Below, in pieces: positions 38,195 to 52,159 of a DNA stretch of 64,000 bases. Each line of letters starts with the position of its first letter. Positions within the stretch are counted from its first letter, which is position 1. This stretch comes from Callorhinchus milii (Eukaryota), in assembly GCF_018977255.1 (NCBI RefSeq), contig NW_024704743.1, forward strand, positions 110,238,001 through 110,302,000, read 5' to 3'. The notes beneath the pieces were generated by a model. It was not told the DNA's origin. It saw nothing but the letters and a program-made list of their open reading frames with translations, and did not search any database. A program made the translations under genes and the position numbers.

Positions 38195-40145
38195 ACAACA
38201 AAACAATAACAAGAACTTGCACTTATATAGCGCCCTCCACGCCGGGTGATGTCTCAGAGCACTTAACAATGGTGGAGCCCAAGGCCGAGCCAGGGTGAAG
38301 GGGAAGCTGACCATAGGTGTGGTCGAATAGGAAGGTCTTCAGGCGCGAGGAAGGAGGGGGCGAGGCAAAGGGGTTGAGGTAGATAGTTCGAAAGTTTCAG
38401 GCGTAGTGGCTGAAAGCACGGCCACCGATGGTGAAGCGGAGGATTCGGGGAACGTGGAGGAGGCTGGACCCAGTAGAACAGAGGCTGCAGGTACTGCTGT
38501 GGGGAGAGAGAAGGTTAGAGAGATAGGGGGGTGCCAAGGAATGGAGGGATTTAAAGACTAGAGTGAGGATCTTGAAGTCGATCCGCTCTGTGACAGGGAG
38601 CCAGTGGAGTTTGGCAAGGACTGGAGTAATCGGGGTACGCAGTTTGGTGCTGGTGAGAATGCGGGCGGCGGAGTTTTGAATGAGCTGAATTTTGTGAATA
38701 GTGGAGGAGGGGAGACCGCCAAGGAGGGCATTAGAGTAGTCCAGCCAAGCGGTGACAAAGGCAAAGAGTTTCGGCAGCTTTTGGGGTGAGGTATTGTCGG
38801 AGACGGGCTATGTGGTGGAGGTGGAAGAAAGCGGCACTGGTCAGGGACCAGATGTGGGGGAAGAAGGATAACTGGGGCTTGAACCTGATGTCAAAGTTGA
38901 ACACAGGTTCAGAGAGTTTTAAGGACAGGTTGGGTAGGGTGAGGAGGTCGAAACCATGCGACAGAAGACATTGGCGGGAGCCAAAAAGTATGGTTTCCGT
39001 CTTGTTGAGTTTAACTGCAGGAAATTTGCACAGAATATCAGGGACTGTGGGTCGCAGCTGGAGGTGGAAAAGTAGAATTGAGTGTTATTCGCATACATGT
39101 GGAAGTTAACCCCACGTCTGCGGATGACATCACCGAGAGGGAGCATATGGATGAGGAAGAGAAGGGGCCAAGGATGGATCTTGGGATACCCCGCAGGATA
39201 GAAGCGCAAAGAAAAGCCATTTGCAGAAATGTAGTGCTGGCGGTTTGTAAGGTAGGACTCGAACCAAGCGAGTGCGGTCCCACTGAGGTGGATGGTGGAG
39301 GACAGGCGGTGGAGGAGGGTGGCGTGATTGACTATATTGAATGCAGCGGAGTGGTCCAGGAGGACAAGGAGGCAGAGGGAGCCCTGGTTACAGATAGAGA
39401 GGATATCATTTGTGACCTTCACGAGCGCTGTCTCTCTACTGTGGGCAGGGAAGAAACCGGACTGGAGGGGTTCGAGTAAGGTGTGGAGAGAGAGGTGTGC
39501 GCAAAGTTGATTGACAACATTGTGTCCCAGAGCATTGGCAAGGAATGGTAGCTTTGAGATAGGGCAGTTAGTGGCTGAGGTTGGAGGGATTGAAGGTAGG
39601 CTTTTTTAGGAGGGGAGTGATGAACGCGGTTTTGAGGGCAAGTGGAACTGATCCTGAGGAGAGAGTCTGGTTAATAGTGCCTGCCAGCAGTGGGCAGAGG
39701 AGGGGGAGTTGAGTGATCAGCAGTTGGGTGGGGAGGGGATCGAGGCAGCAGGTGGTGTGTTTCACGGTGGCAATGGTGGATGAGAGGGAGGAAAGAGAGA
39801 TGGGGGCAAATGAATGAAGGGTGGGGTCCATTGATAGGAACTAAGGGCAGGGTTGGTGAGATAGATGGAATGGGGTGGTGGGAGGCAACACGGGGCAGAG
39901 GGATGAAGCTGCCAGGTGGATGTTGTCAATTTTAGTGGTAAGGAAGTACATGACCTCTTCGCACTTGGCATTAGATGTGATGATTAAGGGTGCTTGAGGG
40001 GGTACATGGAGGAGGTGGTGGGCGGTGGAGAATAGGATTTTGGAGTTATTGTTGGCCTCCAGTAGATATTTAAGTAGTGCGCAGTTTTTGCTTGTGACAG
40101 AGAGCGGCGGTAGGTGTGAAGATGCTCAAGCCACAGCTGGTGGTT
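38195..40145 (-). mobile_element. L2 LINE, ~1.95-kb 5'-truncated degenerate copy
   Basis: Minus translations: HTTCCLDPLPT...KTAFITPLLKKP; KVTNDIL...LLVLLDHSAAFNIVNH; GVNFHMYANNTQ. 3' tail at ~38195-38270. Confidence 0.92.
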
Positions 40146-41039
40146 GAATTGAACCAGGAAATTTACTATTCTCAATCTATATCTGCCTGACATCAACCCA
40201 GGCCTCACTCAATGGATCGTCAAAGCTCACTAGTAAAGGACAGTATGAGCTTAAGAGTGATCTGGGCTTGCAGTTATATTGTCCGAGGTTGCATCAGATA
40301 TTAAACCAACCTTAACCCTTCCTTTTCTTCAGGTGGATATTAAAGTTCCCATAAGATCTCCTTACTATGTTTCCAGCACAACATCGAGCTTATTTTATGA
40401 CGAGTCCCAGTGTCCTGACCTCTACTATCCTTTCTAGTAACTGGGGGTGGCAGGGAGTGGGAGGGGGGATTGTAAGGGAGAGAAGATGAAGATGATTAAA
40501 GGTGTGATCAAAGATACCTTCATCTCGCCTCCTTCCCTCACCTCCTTCAAGGTCTTCAGACAGACCTTGAAAGAGGTGAGAGAAGAGGTGAGATGAAGGG
40601 ACGTCAGGATGGAGTTACAGTGAGTGAGATTTTCTCTAATAATGTGATAAGGCGTCATATGAAATGTAAGGATTTTTATTATTATTAAAACCGGTGGAAC
40701 AGCTTTGATGGGTTGAATCGCCCTCTACTATTCCTACATACCGAAGACTTCTTCCAGCAAATTAGGCTCCAAGTAATTCCAAGGTTTTTCACATCGTCGG
40801 TGGTGTTAAACCCCATTGCTCACTCGATAGGAGCTCATTCTGCCTCCAACTCAGCTAATCCCCCTCAGCCCTGAGTTCTCTGTTGCTGCACAGGGTGATA
40901 AGTTAATGTCTACAGTGACAGATTAATACAGAAAAGAGTTATGAAAATTTCAGCAGAGTGTGTTTACAGTGAAACCAATTCCCTTTAAGGTCACCGTGGC
41001 AATGCAAGCAGAGGGATGCGAGGAGAATTAATGGAGGTG

Positions 41040-41330
41040 AGTTTTTTTTCCCTGTGCGTAGAGTTCAACTTTTGTGGTGTTAAAGAAGCAACATCTTTAT
41101 GCAGTCAGCGGTGTGAATGTGGAACTCTGTGCCGTATTATTCTGTTTCTGGACAAGTTACCAGGAAGTAGTCAATGACTGGAACAGATTGCCAGGAAGGG
41201 TAGTAGATACTGGACTCATTCAAAAAGTAGCTTGATGTTGTGATGGTGGGGATGGTAGGGTGGGTCTTTTGGAGAGTTAAGATCAGTTGGATCGGTTGGA
41301 CCAAAGCATCTTCATCCAGACCAATCTTGT
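41040..41330 (+). mobile_element. Old CR1-like 3' fragment
   Basis: catctttatgcagtcagcggtgtgaatgtggaactctgtgcc and tggaacagattgccaggaagggtagtagat resemble the CR1 end at 7830-7900. Confidence 0.5.
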
Positions 41331-41761
41331 AATCAATAAAGTGCTATGCCATATGTTATCAATATGTTCAGTGCTTAGTTGGAACAAGAAAGCAAAGTAC
41401 ACAGCAGCGATACATAGAGTGGTAAAATGAGAGAGGGTGATAGGGAGCGATAGGTTGGAGGCTGGCTATCGATGGAGTATAACAAAGAAATCCGAGGTTG
41501 CAGATGAAGAAGGCCCTTGTTGTTGTTAGTAGCACTCTCACCACTGACTCCAAAGGTTGTGGGTTCAAGCCCCATATAGGGACTTTGACCTCTAGGGTGA
41601 ATCTCCAGTACCAACACAATGTAATATCCCCAACCAACATGACTCACTTGTTTTAAGAATTACAGAAACAAAACTGCTTCAGAGTAAAATAATAAACATC
41701 TCATCTTTAGGTTTGATAGTGCGCCTGTCATGGAGGATGTCACAGAGAGCTTCATTGGACT

Positions 41762-43424
41762 CAACAACAACAACAAAAAAATTACATTTGTATAGTGTCT
41801 TTCACATCGGGAGGACTTCCCAAGGCACTGGAGAGTCAGTATTTCGGACCCGAGCTGGGGTTGGAGGGCAGGGAGGAAGCAGGGTGATCGAAAGCACGGT
41901 CAAAGAGGAGGGTCTTGAGATGGGTCATGAAGGAGGCCAGGGAGGGGGTGAGGCAGAGGAACTGCGGGATGGAGTTCCAGAAGGTAGGGGCAAGTGGCAG
42001 AAGGCCCACCTGACAATGCTAAGGTGGTAGGATGGGCGACACGGGGGATGTGAAGCAGGCACACAGAGCAGAGACAGTATGGTAGGGGGTTAAGCAGTCG
42101 CAGAAGTAAAGGGGAGCAAGGCCAGGAGGTCTTTGAAGGTGAGGACCAGGATCTTGAACTGTATTCTCTGAGTGATTGGAAGCCAGTGGAGTCAGGCGAG
42201 GATGGGGGGTGATAGGGTCACGGAGCCTGGTGCAGGTGAGGACATGGTATGAGACATGCTATTTTACAGCATGTCTCACTGCATAAATCAGATTGGGATG
42301 ATCTGCAGCCTATGGAGGGAGGAGTTGGGGAGCCTGACAAGCAAGGAGTTTGCATAGTTAAGCCTCAGTGTTATGAATGCTTGTATGAGGGTTTCGTCGC
42401 CCTGTGGTGTGAGACAGTGGCGGAGCCAGGCGACGTTGCGGAGGTGTGGGAAGGTAGAGCGGGTCATGGCACAGATGTGGGTAGAAAGGATAGTTGAAGG
42501 TCAAACAAGATGTCAAGGTTCCAGACTGACTCAATGAGGTGGAGTGTGCATCCTTGGATGGTAATGCTGTCAGCACCTGAGATGTGGAGGTGCTGATGGG
42601 AGCCAATCAGGAGAGCCTCAGGCTTGTTGATGTTCAACTGAAGAAAGTTAGTTTTCATCCAGGAATTGATGTCTGACAAACATTCTGTCAGTGGTCCTGC
42701 AGTCGAGGGTGGAGGCAAGAGATAGAGTTGAGTGTCATAAATGTGGAAGTTGACCCCATGTCTGTGGATGATGTCACCAAGAGTGAACATATAGATGTTA
42801 AAGGACATATAGATGTCCTCTGACCAAGGACAGAGCCCTGAGTAACGCCACACAACATGGTGCGGGGGCCAGAGGAGAAACCGTTTGTGGAGAAGAAGTG
42901 GAGGCAGTGTGAGAGGTACGATCTGAACCAGTCAAGGACAGAACCCTGAAGGTTGAGGTGAGAGGAGAGGAGGTGAATGAAGATAGAGTGGTCAACGGTG
43001 TCAAAGGCAGCAGAGAGGTCAAGGAGGATGAGGAGGCAGAGGGAACCCTGGTTGCAGATGGACAGAATGTTATTTGTCACTTTCAACAGATCTGTTTCTG
43101 TGCTGTGGGAGGCACGGAAACCCGATTGGAGGGGTTCATGAAGGGAGTGGTAGTAGAGGAAGGAGCAAAGCTGGGAAGCAATGACTCATTCCAGGACCTT
43201 GGAAAGAAAAGGGAGGTTGTAGATGCAGAGGTAGTTTGAGAGCAGGAATGTGTCCAAGGAGTGTTTTTTAAGGATAGGAGTGATGACGGCCATTTTTAAA
43301 GGTGTTGGAACAGTACCAGTGGACAGGGAGAGGTTCATGATGTCTGTGAGTAGATGGGCAAGGAGGTGGAGCTGGGAGGTAAGGAGAGGAGTAGTGATGG
43401 AGTCGAGGGAGCAGATGGTCGGGA
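41762..43424 (-). mobile_element. L2 LINE, ~1.66-kb 5'-truncated degenerate copy
   Basis: Minus translations: LLILLDLSAAFDTVDHS...GVTQGSVLG; GDIIHRHGVNFHIYDTQLY; NFLQLNINKPEALLIGS. (CAA)n tail at 41762. Confidence 0.92.
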
Positions 43425-43565
43425 TTCACTGTAGTGCAATGAGTATGTATTTCTTAAGCAATGCGCCAGTTAAATTGTGTACAAGAATGCCCAACAAACA
43501 GCCATGAACTGAATGACCAATATTATCCAGGGAATTGTTGATGAGTGACAGTGGGAGAAAATCCC

Positions 43566-44065
43566 TTCAGGGTGGTAGGGGTTTAGGAGGTCGGAGAGGT
43601 GGGGGGAGCAAGACCGTGGAGGGCTTTGAACGTGAGGACCAGGATCTTGAACTGTATCCTCTGTGTGATGGGAAGCCAGTGGAGTTGGGCGAGGATGGGG
43701 GTGATAGGGTCGCGGAGCCTAGTGCGGGAGAGGAAACGGGCTGCAGAGTTCTGGATGATCTGCAGCCTGTGCAGGGAGGAGTTGGGGAGGCTGACAAGCA
43801 GTGAGTTTGCATAGTCGAGCCTCGATTTAATGAAGGTGTGTTTGAGGGTTTCGGCGGCCTGTGGTGTGAGACAGTGGCAGAGCCGGGCGACCTTGTGGAG
43901 GTGGGGGATGGCAGCTCGGATCATGACACAGATGTGGGGTAGAAAGGATCGTTGAGGGTCAAATAATACCCCAAGGTTCTGGACTGGCTCAGTGAGGTGG
44001 AGTGTGCAACCATGGATGGTGATGCTGTCAGCGCCTGAGGTGAGGAGGTGCTGACGGGAGCCAAA
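43566..44065 (-). mobile_element. L2 LINE internal fragment (C-terminal region)
   Basis: SRLDYANSLL...QNSAARFLSRTRLRDPITPILAQLHWLPITQRIQFKILVLTFKALHGLAP. Confidence 0.9.
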
Positions 44066-44782
44066 CCGGAAAACGTGACTTCAAAGTTGAGACCGAATCC
44101 AACAATTTCACAGATTCTGGACAGCCTGAAATGCAAGGAAAATTGAGTCAATTTGAGACCCCGGAGGAATTCCACACCCCACCCCCACACACTCACACAC
44201 ATACAGAGTCCCTAGCTGCTCAGTCCCCCACCCATCTCTTCCCCAGAATTGGTTTCTCATCTCCTGATGGAAATACACAAGGCCACAAAACCATGGTAGT
44301 GTTTTCCCAGAAAAATGAGAGATGGGATGTGCTAAATGTGACAGTTCAGACCACTTGATAATTTTCTACTGGTCCTCATATGTGACCCCAAGCCCCCACC
44401 TCCCCCCCCCCCCCCCCCCCCCGCACCAAGCAAGGGAGAAGATTGGGGAGGGGGAAGGAGGAGGTTACTGTAAACACAGCCGAAGAAGTAGGTATTCAGG
44501 CAGGATTTAATGTACAGAGAGAGCAGGGGAGCTGGACGGAGGGGTAAAGAGTGTTCAGGGAGAGCAACATAGAGTTCCAGATATTAGGAGTGTATTATCG
44601 GAGGGCCTGGCCACTGATAGTGGTGTGTGGGAGGGGGACAGAGAAGGACCAAGTTAGCAGAGTGAGTGAGTGAGGCAGGAGAAAGTCACAGAGAGAGGAA
44701 GTAGATTGAACAAGGTAACCCAGTGAACAGAACCATGTAGGGAAATGCAAGCCTTTGCAGAAGAAATCCTCCGGGTAAAATA

Positions 44783-45060
44783 AATAATAATAATCCTTGC
44801 ACTTAATATAGCTTCTCAAAACGCTTCACAGAATATAGAATAAAGTGAATTGACTGTATATTTGTGGGCGAAACACGGCAGCCAATTGCGGTCAGCAGTG
44901 TCCCGCAAATAGTTGTGGATTGAAGTAACAATCTTCTTACTTGAGAGATTATCAGGCGTTTGGAGTAAGGAAACTTGCCCAAGGTTTTGTCCTGTCGGGA
45001 ATCGAACCCAGGTCTCTCACTTGCAAGGCGAGTGCTCTAACCACTGAGCTACAGAACTCC
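44783..45060 (-). mobile_element. SINE family A, short variant
   Basis: gaatcgaacccaggtctctcacttgcaaggcgagtgctctaaccactgagctacag is the reverse complement of the head; tail at 44783. Confidence 0.85.
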
Positions 45061-45399
45061 ACTGAGCTACAGGGTAGTGAATTCATCAGTTCATATTGTG
45101 CCCTTGAGCAATGTATCAGTCAATCTCTACAGCTGTCATGTAGGATATATTGTTTTAAACAACTTGGCCAATGCCACCAATGTTTATTTCACCGTTCAGC
45201 GCACACACCTCAAAGCATATTTCCTTCTTAATCCTCATCACTTCATTGTAAAGTCCTGTAGCTTAGTGGTTAGAGCACTCGCCTCACAATCGAGAGGACA
45301 TAGTTTCGATTCCCTGGCCAGGCAAAATGCAAATCAATGAAAGAATTACACAGAGAGGGTGACCTGTAGATTAAGCAGGAGGGTAGGCATAGCAGACAT

Positions 45400-45702
45400 A
45401 ATAATAAAAATCCTTGCATTTGGTATAGAGCCTTATCACATCAGTGAGATGTATCAAAGCGTTTTACAAGCTATACTGTAAAGTGGATTGACTGTGTATT
45501 TTGTGAGTGAAACGCAGCAGCCGGTTGCGGACAGCAGTGTCCCACAAACAGCCTTGGAGCGAGCAACCAATTTTTATTTGGGGGGCATTGTTGGCCAGGA
45601 CACTGGGAAGACACTCCATTCTCTTTTCGAATAGTGTCATGGGATCTTTAACATCCACTTGAACAGGCAGATGGGACCTTGGTTTAACATCTCATCCAAA
45701 GG
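45400..45702 (-). mobile_element. SINE family B (Deu-like), 5'-truncated
   Basis: catgggatctttaacatccacttgaacaggcagatgggaccttggtttaacatctcatc core plus shared tail. Confidence 0.85.
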
Positions 45703-46119
45703 ACGAGAAACACACATACTGTCACAGAAACACACACATGCACACTCACAGGAACACCCACATATTCACAAGAACACAAACACATACTCACACACACAGG
45801 AGCACCTCCACCTCTTGTTAACTACCATACTATATTTAGCAGGTCTTTTTGTAAGGGCAAACAGACATTCCAACGAGTATCAGCGCTAGCTCTTCTATAA
45901 ACGTATGATTTCAGTATCACTGTACATGCCAGCCTTGCAAGTTCATTGGAATTTCTCAATATAAAATTCAATAATATAAAATCCCTAGGCACCTGAAACC
46001 AAATCACTGACTGGTGTACAGAATTCATCATTATTTCTTTTTCAACACTTTATTTGTGTAAATGACTGTATGAATGATGATTTCCTCCCCCCACCTGCCT
46101 CTTTGCAGTATTAAAAATA

Positions 46120-46500
46120 TAATAATAAATTCTTGTGTTTGATAAGCACCTTATTAAGTTGTCCAGAAGTCTCAAAACACTTCACAGGATTTTACTGTGA
46201 AGTGTAGTGACAATGTACTTGTAGGCAAATGTGGCAGCCAATTTGCACACAGCAATGTCCCATAATCAGCCATGAAGTGAATGGTCAATTTTATCTAGGA
46301 ATTGTGGTCCAGAAACTCCCTTCTCTTTTCAAATAGTACCACAGAATCTTTAACATCCCCCTGAACAGGTAGAAAGAGCCTTGGTTTAATGTCTCATCCG
46401 AAGCACAACACCTCCAGCAATGCAATGCTCCCCACAGCACTGCATGGGACTGTCAGTGCTGAAATGTGCTATGTGCTGGAAGTTCAGACATGGAGCTTTG
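46120..46500 (-). mobile_element. SINE family B (Deu-like)
   Basis: atctttaacatccccctgaacagg...ttggtttaatgtctcatccg core plus shared tail. Confidence 0.8.
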
Positions 46501-47209
46501 TGACAGGAGATGAAACAATATATAGTCTCAGAACAGCAAAATACAAATCTTTTCCCACTTGGCCACAACTTGTATTATTTAAGAATGTGTGGGCTGTGTT
46601 AGGGCAGTGTGCTAGTGTTCCAGAAAAAGCAGTCCACGCTCAATTCCCTCGGTGCCTCTCATCCATCTCGTCTCAAGGACAGTTTGCCCATTTTCTGGTA
46701 AGTTGGCAATCAAGGGTACATTGCATTACAGCTCGATGTCTCCTTTGCAGTATTAAAAGTAGACCCTAAAGAGCAATTTTCTGCTTTTATAGCACCTTCA
46801 TCCAATAGTTCTTTTAATGTGCTTATGCTTTATTACCCCAATGCACTGAAACTGAAGAAAATACTCTGGCATGCGCTCTCGGCTAAATTCTTCACATCCA
46901 TGTAGATTTTTCTTATATGTACACAGCTAGAATAAATCGTAAATCTCTTCTGCACCAATACCTTCTCAATCAATTTATTTCTCTATCTATTTCCAGGTAT
47001 CCATCAATTCCTCCATCTCTCTCATTCACTCTTTATCCCCATGTCTATAACTCAGAGTTCTACTATCAATTGCTTTTCTCTCTAGTGTTTGTCGTCTTTT
47101 TCATGACCTCTTCCGCTCTATTTGCAAACTGCCTCTGGCTCTTCCTCTCTCTCTCTCTCTCTCTCTCTCCTCTCTCTTTAATTCTCCGCACAACCTGAAT
47201 TTCTCAAGG

Positions 47210-47480
47210 TATTAGTCTGGTTCACTTTGTAGCACTCTCACCTCTGAGTCAGATGGTTGTGAGACCAAGGCCCAAGCAACGACTTAAGAGTTTGTAGTTT
47301 AGACTGACACTCCAGTGCAGTGCTGCATGAATGTTGTATTGACAAAGTTGCCAGATGAGACGTTAAACCGAGGTCCCATCTGCCTGTTCAGGTGGATGTT
47401 AAAGATCCCATGGCCACTATTCAAAAAGAAAAGGGAGTTTTTCCCAGTGTCCTGGCCAACAATCCATCGGTGATTCATTT
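47210..47480 (+). mobile_element. SINE family B (Deu-like), 5' part
   Basis: agcactctcacctctgagtcagatggttgtg head; gatgagacgttaaaccgaggtcccatctgcctgttcaggtggatgttaaagatcccatggc core. Confidence 0.85.
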
Positions 47481-50239
47481 TATGACTTGCATTTCGTACA
47501 GTGCCTTTCACGTTGGGAGGATGTCCCAAAAGCGCTTCACAGGATTCTGAACTGTGAAGTGGAAGTGACTGTATATTTGTAGTCGAATGCGGCAGTGCAA
47601 TTGCCACAGAAAACTCCATGAAGTGCTTTTAGACTGAAGAAATTGAATGAAATGAAATGAATAGATTGTATCTGTTCATATCAGAGGTTCCATTCACATT
47701 TATGGATTTGTCCATTGGGTGATCGAGGAGGGGGAAGGGCGAGAGAAGTGGCGGATGTGGAGGGGAGGGGAAGTGTCTGAGTCTAACTGAATTTCAGACA
47801 GATTGTTAATCATTTTTATTGCAGTTAAAGTACTTGTCCAAAACTGTGGTTTTGTATTTACAAGCAGATGGTAGTTAATCCTGCGTGCTTGATTACTCTT
47901 GTTCATTTAAGATGAAAAATTGCTTCTGACTAAAGTATGCTTATCAGCAGAATTCTATGTGGATTCAGAAACCCACTGCAATTACGTTCAGTGTGACGGT
48001 TACACTAAACAAAAGTATAAAATTACTTGATGAAATCTGCAACAAATCTGACCCTGGAAAATGGACGGCTGCATTCACGAAAGCATGCAGGGGGACAGGA
48101 CCAGATCAAAATCTAAAAAATAATATTTAGTGGTTGTTAAAAGTTCCTTAAATGAGGCAAGGATTGTTCCAAACTACATCTAATTTTTTTTTTTTTTTTA
48201 AATTGGGGCAATCAATCTGTTTATGAGACACTGCTGTGCGCAAATGGCTGCCGCGTTTCATCCACAAAATATGTAGTCACTACACTTTACAGTACTTTCT
48301 GTGAAGCACTTTCAGACGTCTTAAAGAAGTGATAAGGCTCTATATCAAATGCAAGGATTATATTTTTTTATTCAGAGGTGGTTGACATTTGGAGCATTGC
48401 ATAAGAACAACAATTCACATAGATAGAGCAGCTTATGTAAAAGATTAACTGGAAAAGGAGGGCATGGGTTGAAGGTTGTGAAAAGCAATTTCAGAACAAA
48501 CTCCAGGAAGTATTTCTTGACACAGAGAGTAATCCAAACATGAAACAGGACAGGGTGTCATCAGGAAGATTTGTTGAGGCCAGGCTGCTGAATTTAATAA
48601 TAGACTTATTTAATATTAGAGATGGTTGAGCAGAAATTCTGAGGGGTTTGGGTTTAATAAATGGGGAGAAATTATTTCCACTGGAACATCAGTCTGGAAA
48701 CATAGAAATTTACAATACAGGAGGAACCATTTGGCCCATTATATCTTTTACTTTACCTGTAATAGGACCTGTTTTACATACAATGACACAATATGGAGAC
48801 AGGTGATTTGGTCTGCTTGTCTGTGCTAATATAATTATTATCCTGAAATCAATGCTTAATTAATCTCACTTTCCAGCTCTCTCCCCACATCCTATTATGT
48901 GATTACTCTTGAATACTCTCTCTCAATCCCTCCGCCTTTCCCCCTCTGTCCCCTTTTTCATGTCCCACCTGTCTGAAAACCTTCCTTTTCGACTTTGCTT
49001 ATGGCCACCTCCCCACCACCCCCTCTCCCCCAACCCCCTCCCCGGGACAACATGGTACAAAAAGTGGAACCTTGAGGGCTAAAATTCCACCTAATCCCCC
49101 TCCTGATGCCAACTCCCAGCTCGGGTCCATTTTGGTTTTAGCATTTATCCACTCCAATCCCATTCACCTGCTCATTCCCCATTGTGTTTAAGCTGGTGCT
49201 AGCTCCCCCCACTGGAGCCCTCTACCCAACCCAATTCCACTTCCCTTTCCCATTACACTTTAATACTTTTTTTAATCAATTCCATACCCAGTTCACGTTC
49301 TAAATAAAGTTTGCAATTATTAGACAAGCTAAAGCTCTTCAGACTTGAGAGAAGAGGACATGTTTGCAGGGTTATGGGGAGAGAGCAGGAGAATGGGATT
49401 GATTTGGGTGGCTATTTTCAAAGAGCCGGCACAGACACAATAGGTCAAATGTTTCCTTCTGTTCTGCATAATTCAATGATTCTATGATTCTATAAGACTC
49501 GGAGCGAACCTCAAAGAGATGTATCAATTTTTAAATGATATTGAAAAAGTAAAACCAGAACAACAACAGCAAAATTACATTTGTATAGCACCATTCACAT
49601 CAGGAGGACGTCTCAAGGCGCTGGTACAATACCTTGAGATTTTATGGGATTGTCTTCAACAGCCATTTCTGTGATAAAGTATTCCACATTCTAACAACCC
49701 TCTGCTGTTAAAACAATGTATTTGCATGACAAGCTATTGTGGAAGACGCAAGCTCCCTCCAAAGCTGATCACGCTATTCAGTGCTTGAATTTCCACAGCT
49801 CATGAATTCCAATGACTGATCACATGAAGACAGTCAAGTTATTTTGGAAATTGCTAGGATTTCTTGTGCTGTATTTTCTCTCTCTTTCTCTCTCTCTTTC
49901 TGTCATTCTCTCTGTCTCTGAGTCCCAGAGCTCGGTTTGTTTCCCCTGAAAGGACATTGACCGCTTTAAATTCTTGGAGTTGACAGCCTCTCATCCAGTC
50001 AAGTAGAAAACCGTGCACTTGCGCCTAGGTATGACTATGCATCTTTGTCATGCTCCAGTGAAGCTGTATTAATCTTCATTAGAAGAATTTATGCAATGAA
50101 CCCTGACTGACAAGTTACAGGGAACATTCAAACTGCATAAAATCTATAGCAGCTAAAGGAGACTTGGAAGTGCAAAATGCGACATTTGATTTGCTAAGTA
50201 TGCTGAAAAATTCTGCTTCTGGTGATGTGCAACTGGAGT

Positions 50240-50528
50240 CTTTCAGATGAGATGTTAAACCAAGGCCCCTCAAGTGGACATTAAAGATCCCATGGCACTA
50301 TTTGAAATGAGAAGGGAATTTCTCCTGGTTTCTTGGCCAACTATCCCAGGGGATAAAATTAGTCATTCACTTCATGCCTGTTTGTGGGACATTGAGGTGC
50401 CCAGACTGGCTGCCATGTTTGCCACAAAATATTCGGTCAATATACTCAATAGCAATTTCCTGTGAAGAGCCTTGAGATATTTTGCTGTTGTGATGCTGTA
50501 TCAAATGCAAAGCTTGTTATTATTATTC
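50240..50528 (+). mobile_element. SINE family B (Deu-like), 5'-truncated
   Basis: cagatgagatgttaaaccaagg...gtggacattaaagatcccatggcactatttgaa core plus tail. Confidence 0.8.
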
Positions 50529-51487
50529 AGTGTTCTTAGGCAAGGTTCTGTAAAGTTTCTTCCCTGACCTGCAGAGGCAATGAGTCCGAGTGCCTGCATA
50601 TCTCTGCCCACATTCAGTGTTCATCCATGGCTGGCTGCTTTCACAGATGAGACAGAGCAGAGTTACACAAATCACAGGGAGCTCAGTCAGTCCTTTACCT
50701 GCTGTATTTTATGGAGGCATTAAGCATTTAGCATATCGCAAAGAGGGAATGGAATTTGAGCAGGAGGGTGTAACAAAGCTCATACCATCATAGATAGAAA
50801 AGGGATCATAATTGTGTGTTAGTGTATTCCTTATTTAAGGAACAAAAATTAAAATGTGTTTTGACATTCCCAACCCTTCCCCCTTCCGGACTTCTGAATA
50901 GTGGTAACGCAAGAGGGAAAGGGGAAGTTTCCACAGGCATGTTCAAAGAAATAGGTTTTGAGGTGTTACGTAAGGACAGAAAGAGAGGGGGCAAGGTGAA
51001 GGGCGTAGAGGGAGGGAGCTCCTGAGGTTAGGATGTTTTGGGATTTGCAGGCTCGGCCATTGATGGCCGCCTCAAGACCCTCCTCTTCGACCATGCCATC
51101 AGCCACCCCCCTTCCCCTCCCATCGTGTCTGAAATGCAGTACACTGTCCAGCGCCTTGGGACGACCTTCCGACATGAAAGGCACTATACAAATGTAATCT
51201 TATTGTTGTTGTTGTTGTTGATGATGATAAGTACAGAGTACAAGCGACATTTAGCAAACTCGAATTAGCCAATTAAAGGAGTTGGTTAGGAGAAGATCAG
51301 AGTAATACAAGGGTGGTAGTGCATGAAGGAATTTATAAATGAGAGTGAGTTCCAATGGATCCACAGGGAGACAGTGGAGCGTGACAAGGATTGAGCTGAT
51401 GGGTGTGCGGATTTGGTGAAAGTAAGGAAGCGACCAGCAGAGTTTTGGTTGTGTTGGAGAAAAGGCAAAGAGCTTTCTAAGCTTATT

Positions 51488-51785
51488 AATAATAATAATA
51501 ATAATCCTTGCATTTGATATAGCGCTTTTCACGTCGGGAGGACGTCCCAAAGCGCTTCACAGAACACACTGTAAAGTGAATTGACTGTATATTTGTGGGC
51601 GAACGCGGCAGCCAAACAGTCATAGATTGAAAATGACCAATTTATTATTGTTTTTGGTTTTGGAGGGATTATTATTAGGCGTGTGGAGTAAGGAAACTTG
51701 CCCAAGGTTTCGTCCTCTGCCGGGAATTGAACTCAGGTCTCTCACTTGCAAAGCGAGTGCTCTAACCACTGAGCTACAGGACTCC
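51488..51785 (-). mobile_element. SINE family A, full length, short variant (young)
   Basis: Minus head ggagtcctgtagctcagtggttagagcactcgctttgcaagtgagagacctgagttcaattcccggc (tRNA-Ala-like); (AAT)n tail. Confidence 0.9.
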
Positions 51786-52159
51786 AGTGGCTATTCAGTG
51801 GCTATAGGTTAAACTCCATCTGAGTTAGTCTGTCAATAAGTCCAGAGCAGGGAGGCCATTTTTTATGTTTGTGGAGGGTGAAGAAAACTCCATGGGTACA
51901 TCTGTGTTCCTTTAACATGTTGGTGCTTTGTAATTTCTCTATACTTTCACTGGCATCTTCTTTACATCTGGCAACAATCACTGCCTATCTGATCATAGGG
52001 ACCATCTTACAACAAACAAAGAAAAGTGGGGGGAGAAGAAAGGAGCTGTGATTAGTTTTGGAATATAAGAAATGTGACATGTGATATTGCCAGTGGTGAT
52101 AGTTATCACATAGACCAATACTGCAGTAAAAACAAAGTCAATGGTTATGACTGATCTGC

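Noticed and set aside
38604..39510. Plus-strand ORFs over L2 copies (also 453-719, 42249-43814, 56112-56503, and 63768-63995 on minus)
   Set aside because: These are antisense frames of L2 sequence that stay open because of base composition.
51715..51785. tRNA-Ala-like sequence (also at 13120-13191, 13898, 22490, 25713, 45000, 45251) as tRNA genes
   Set aside because: These are SINE heads: no proper acceptor stem, and most run directly into the SINE body.
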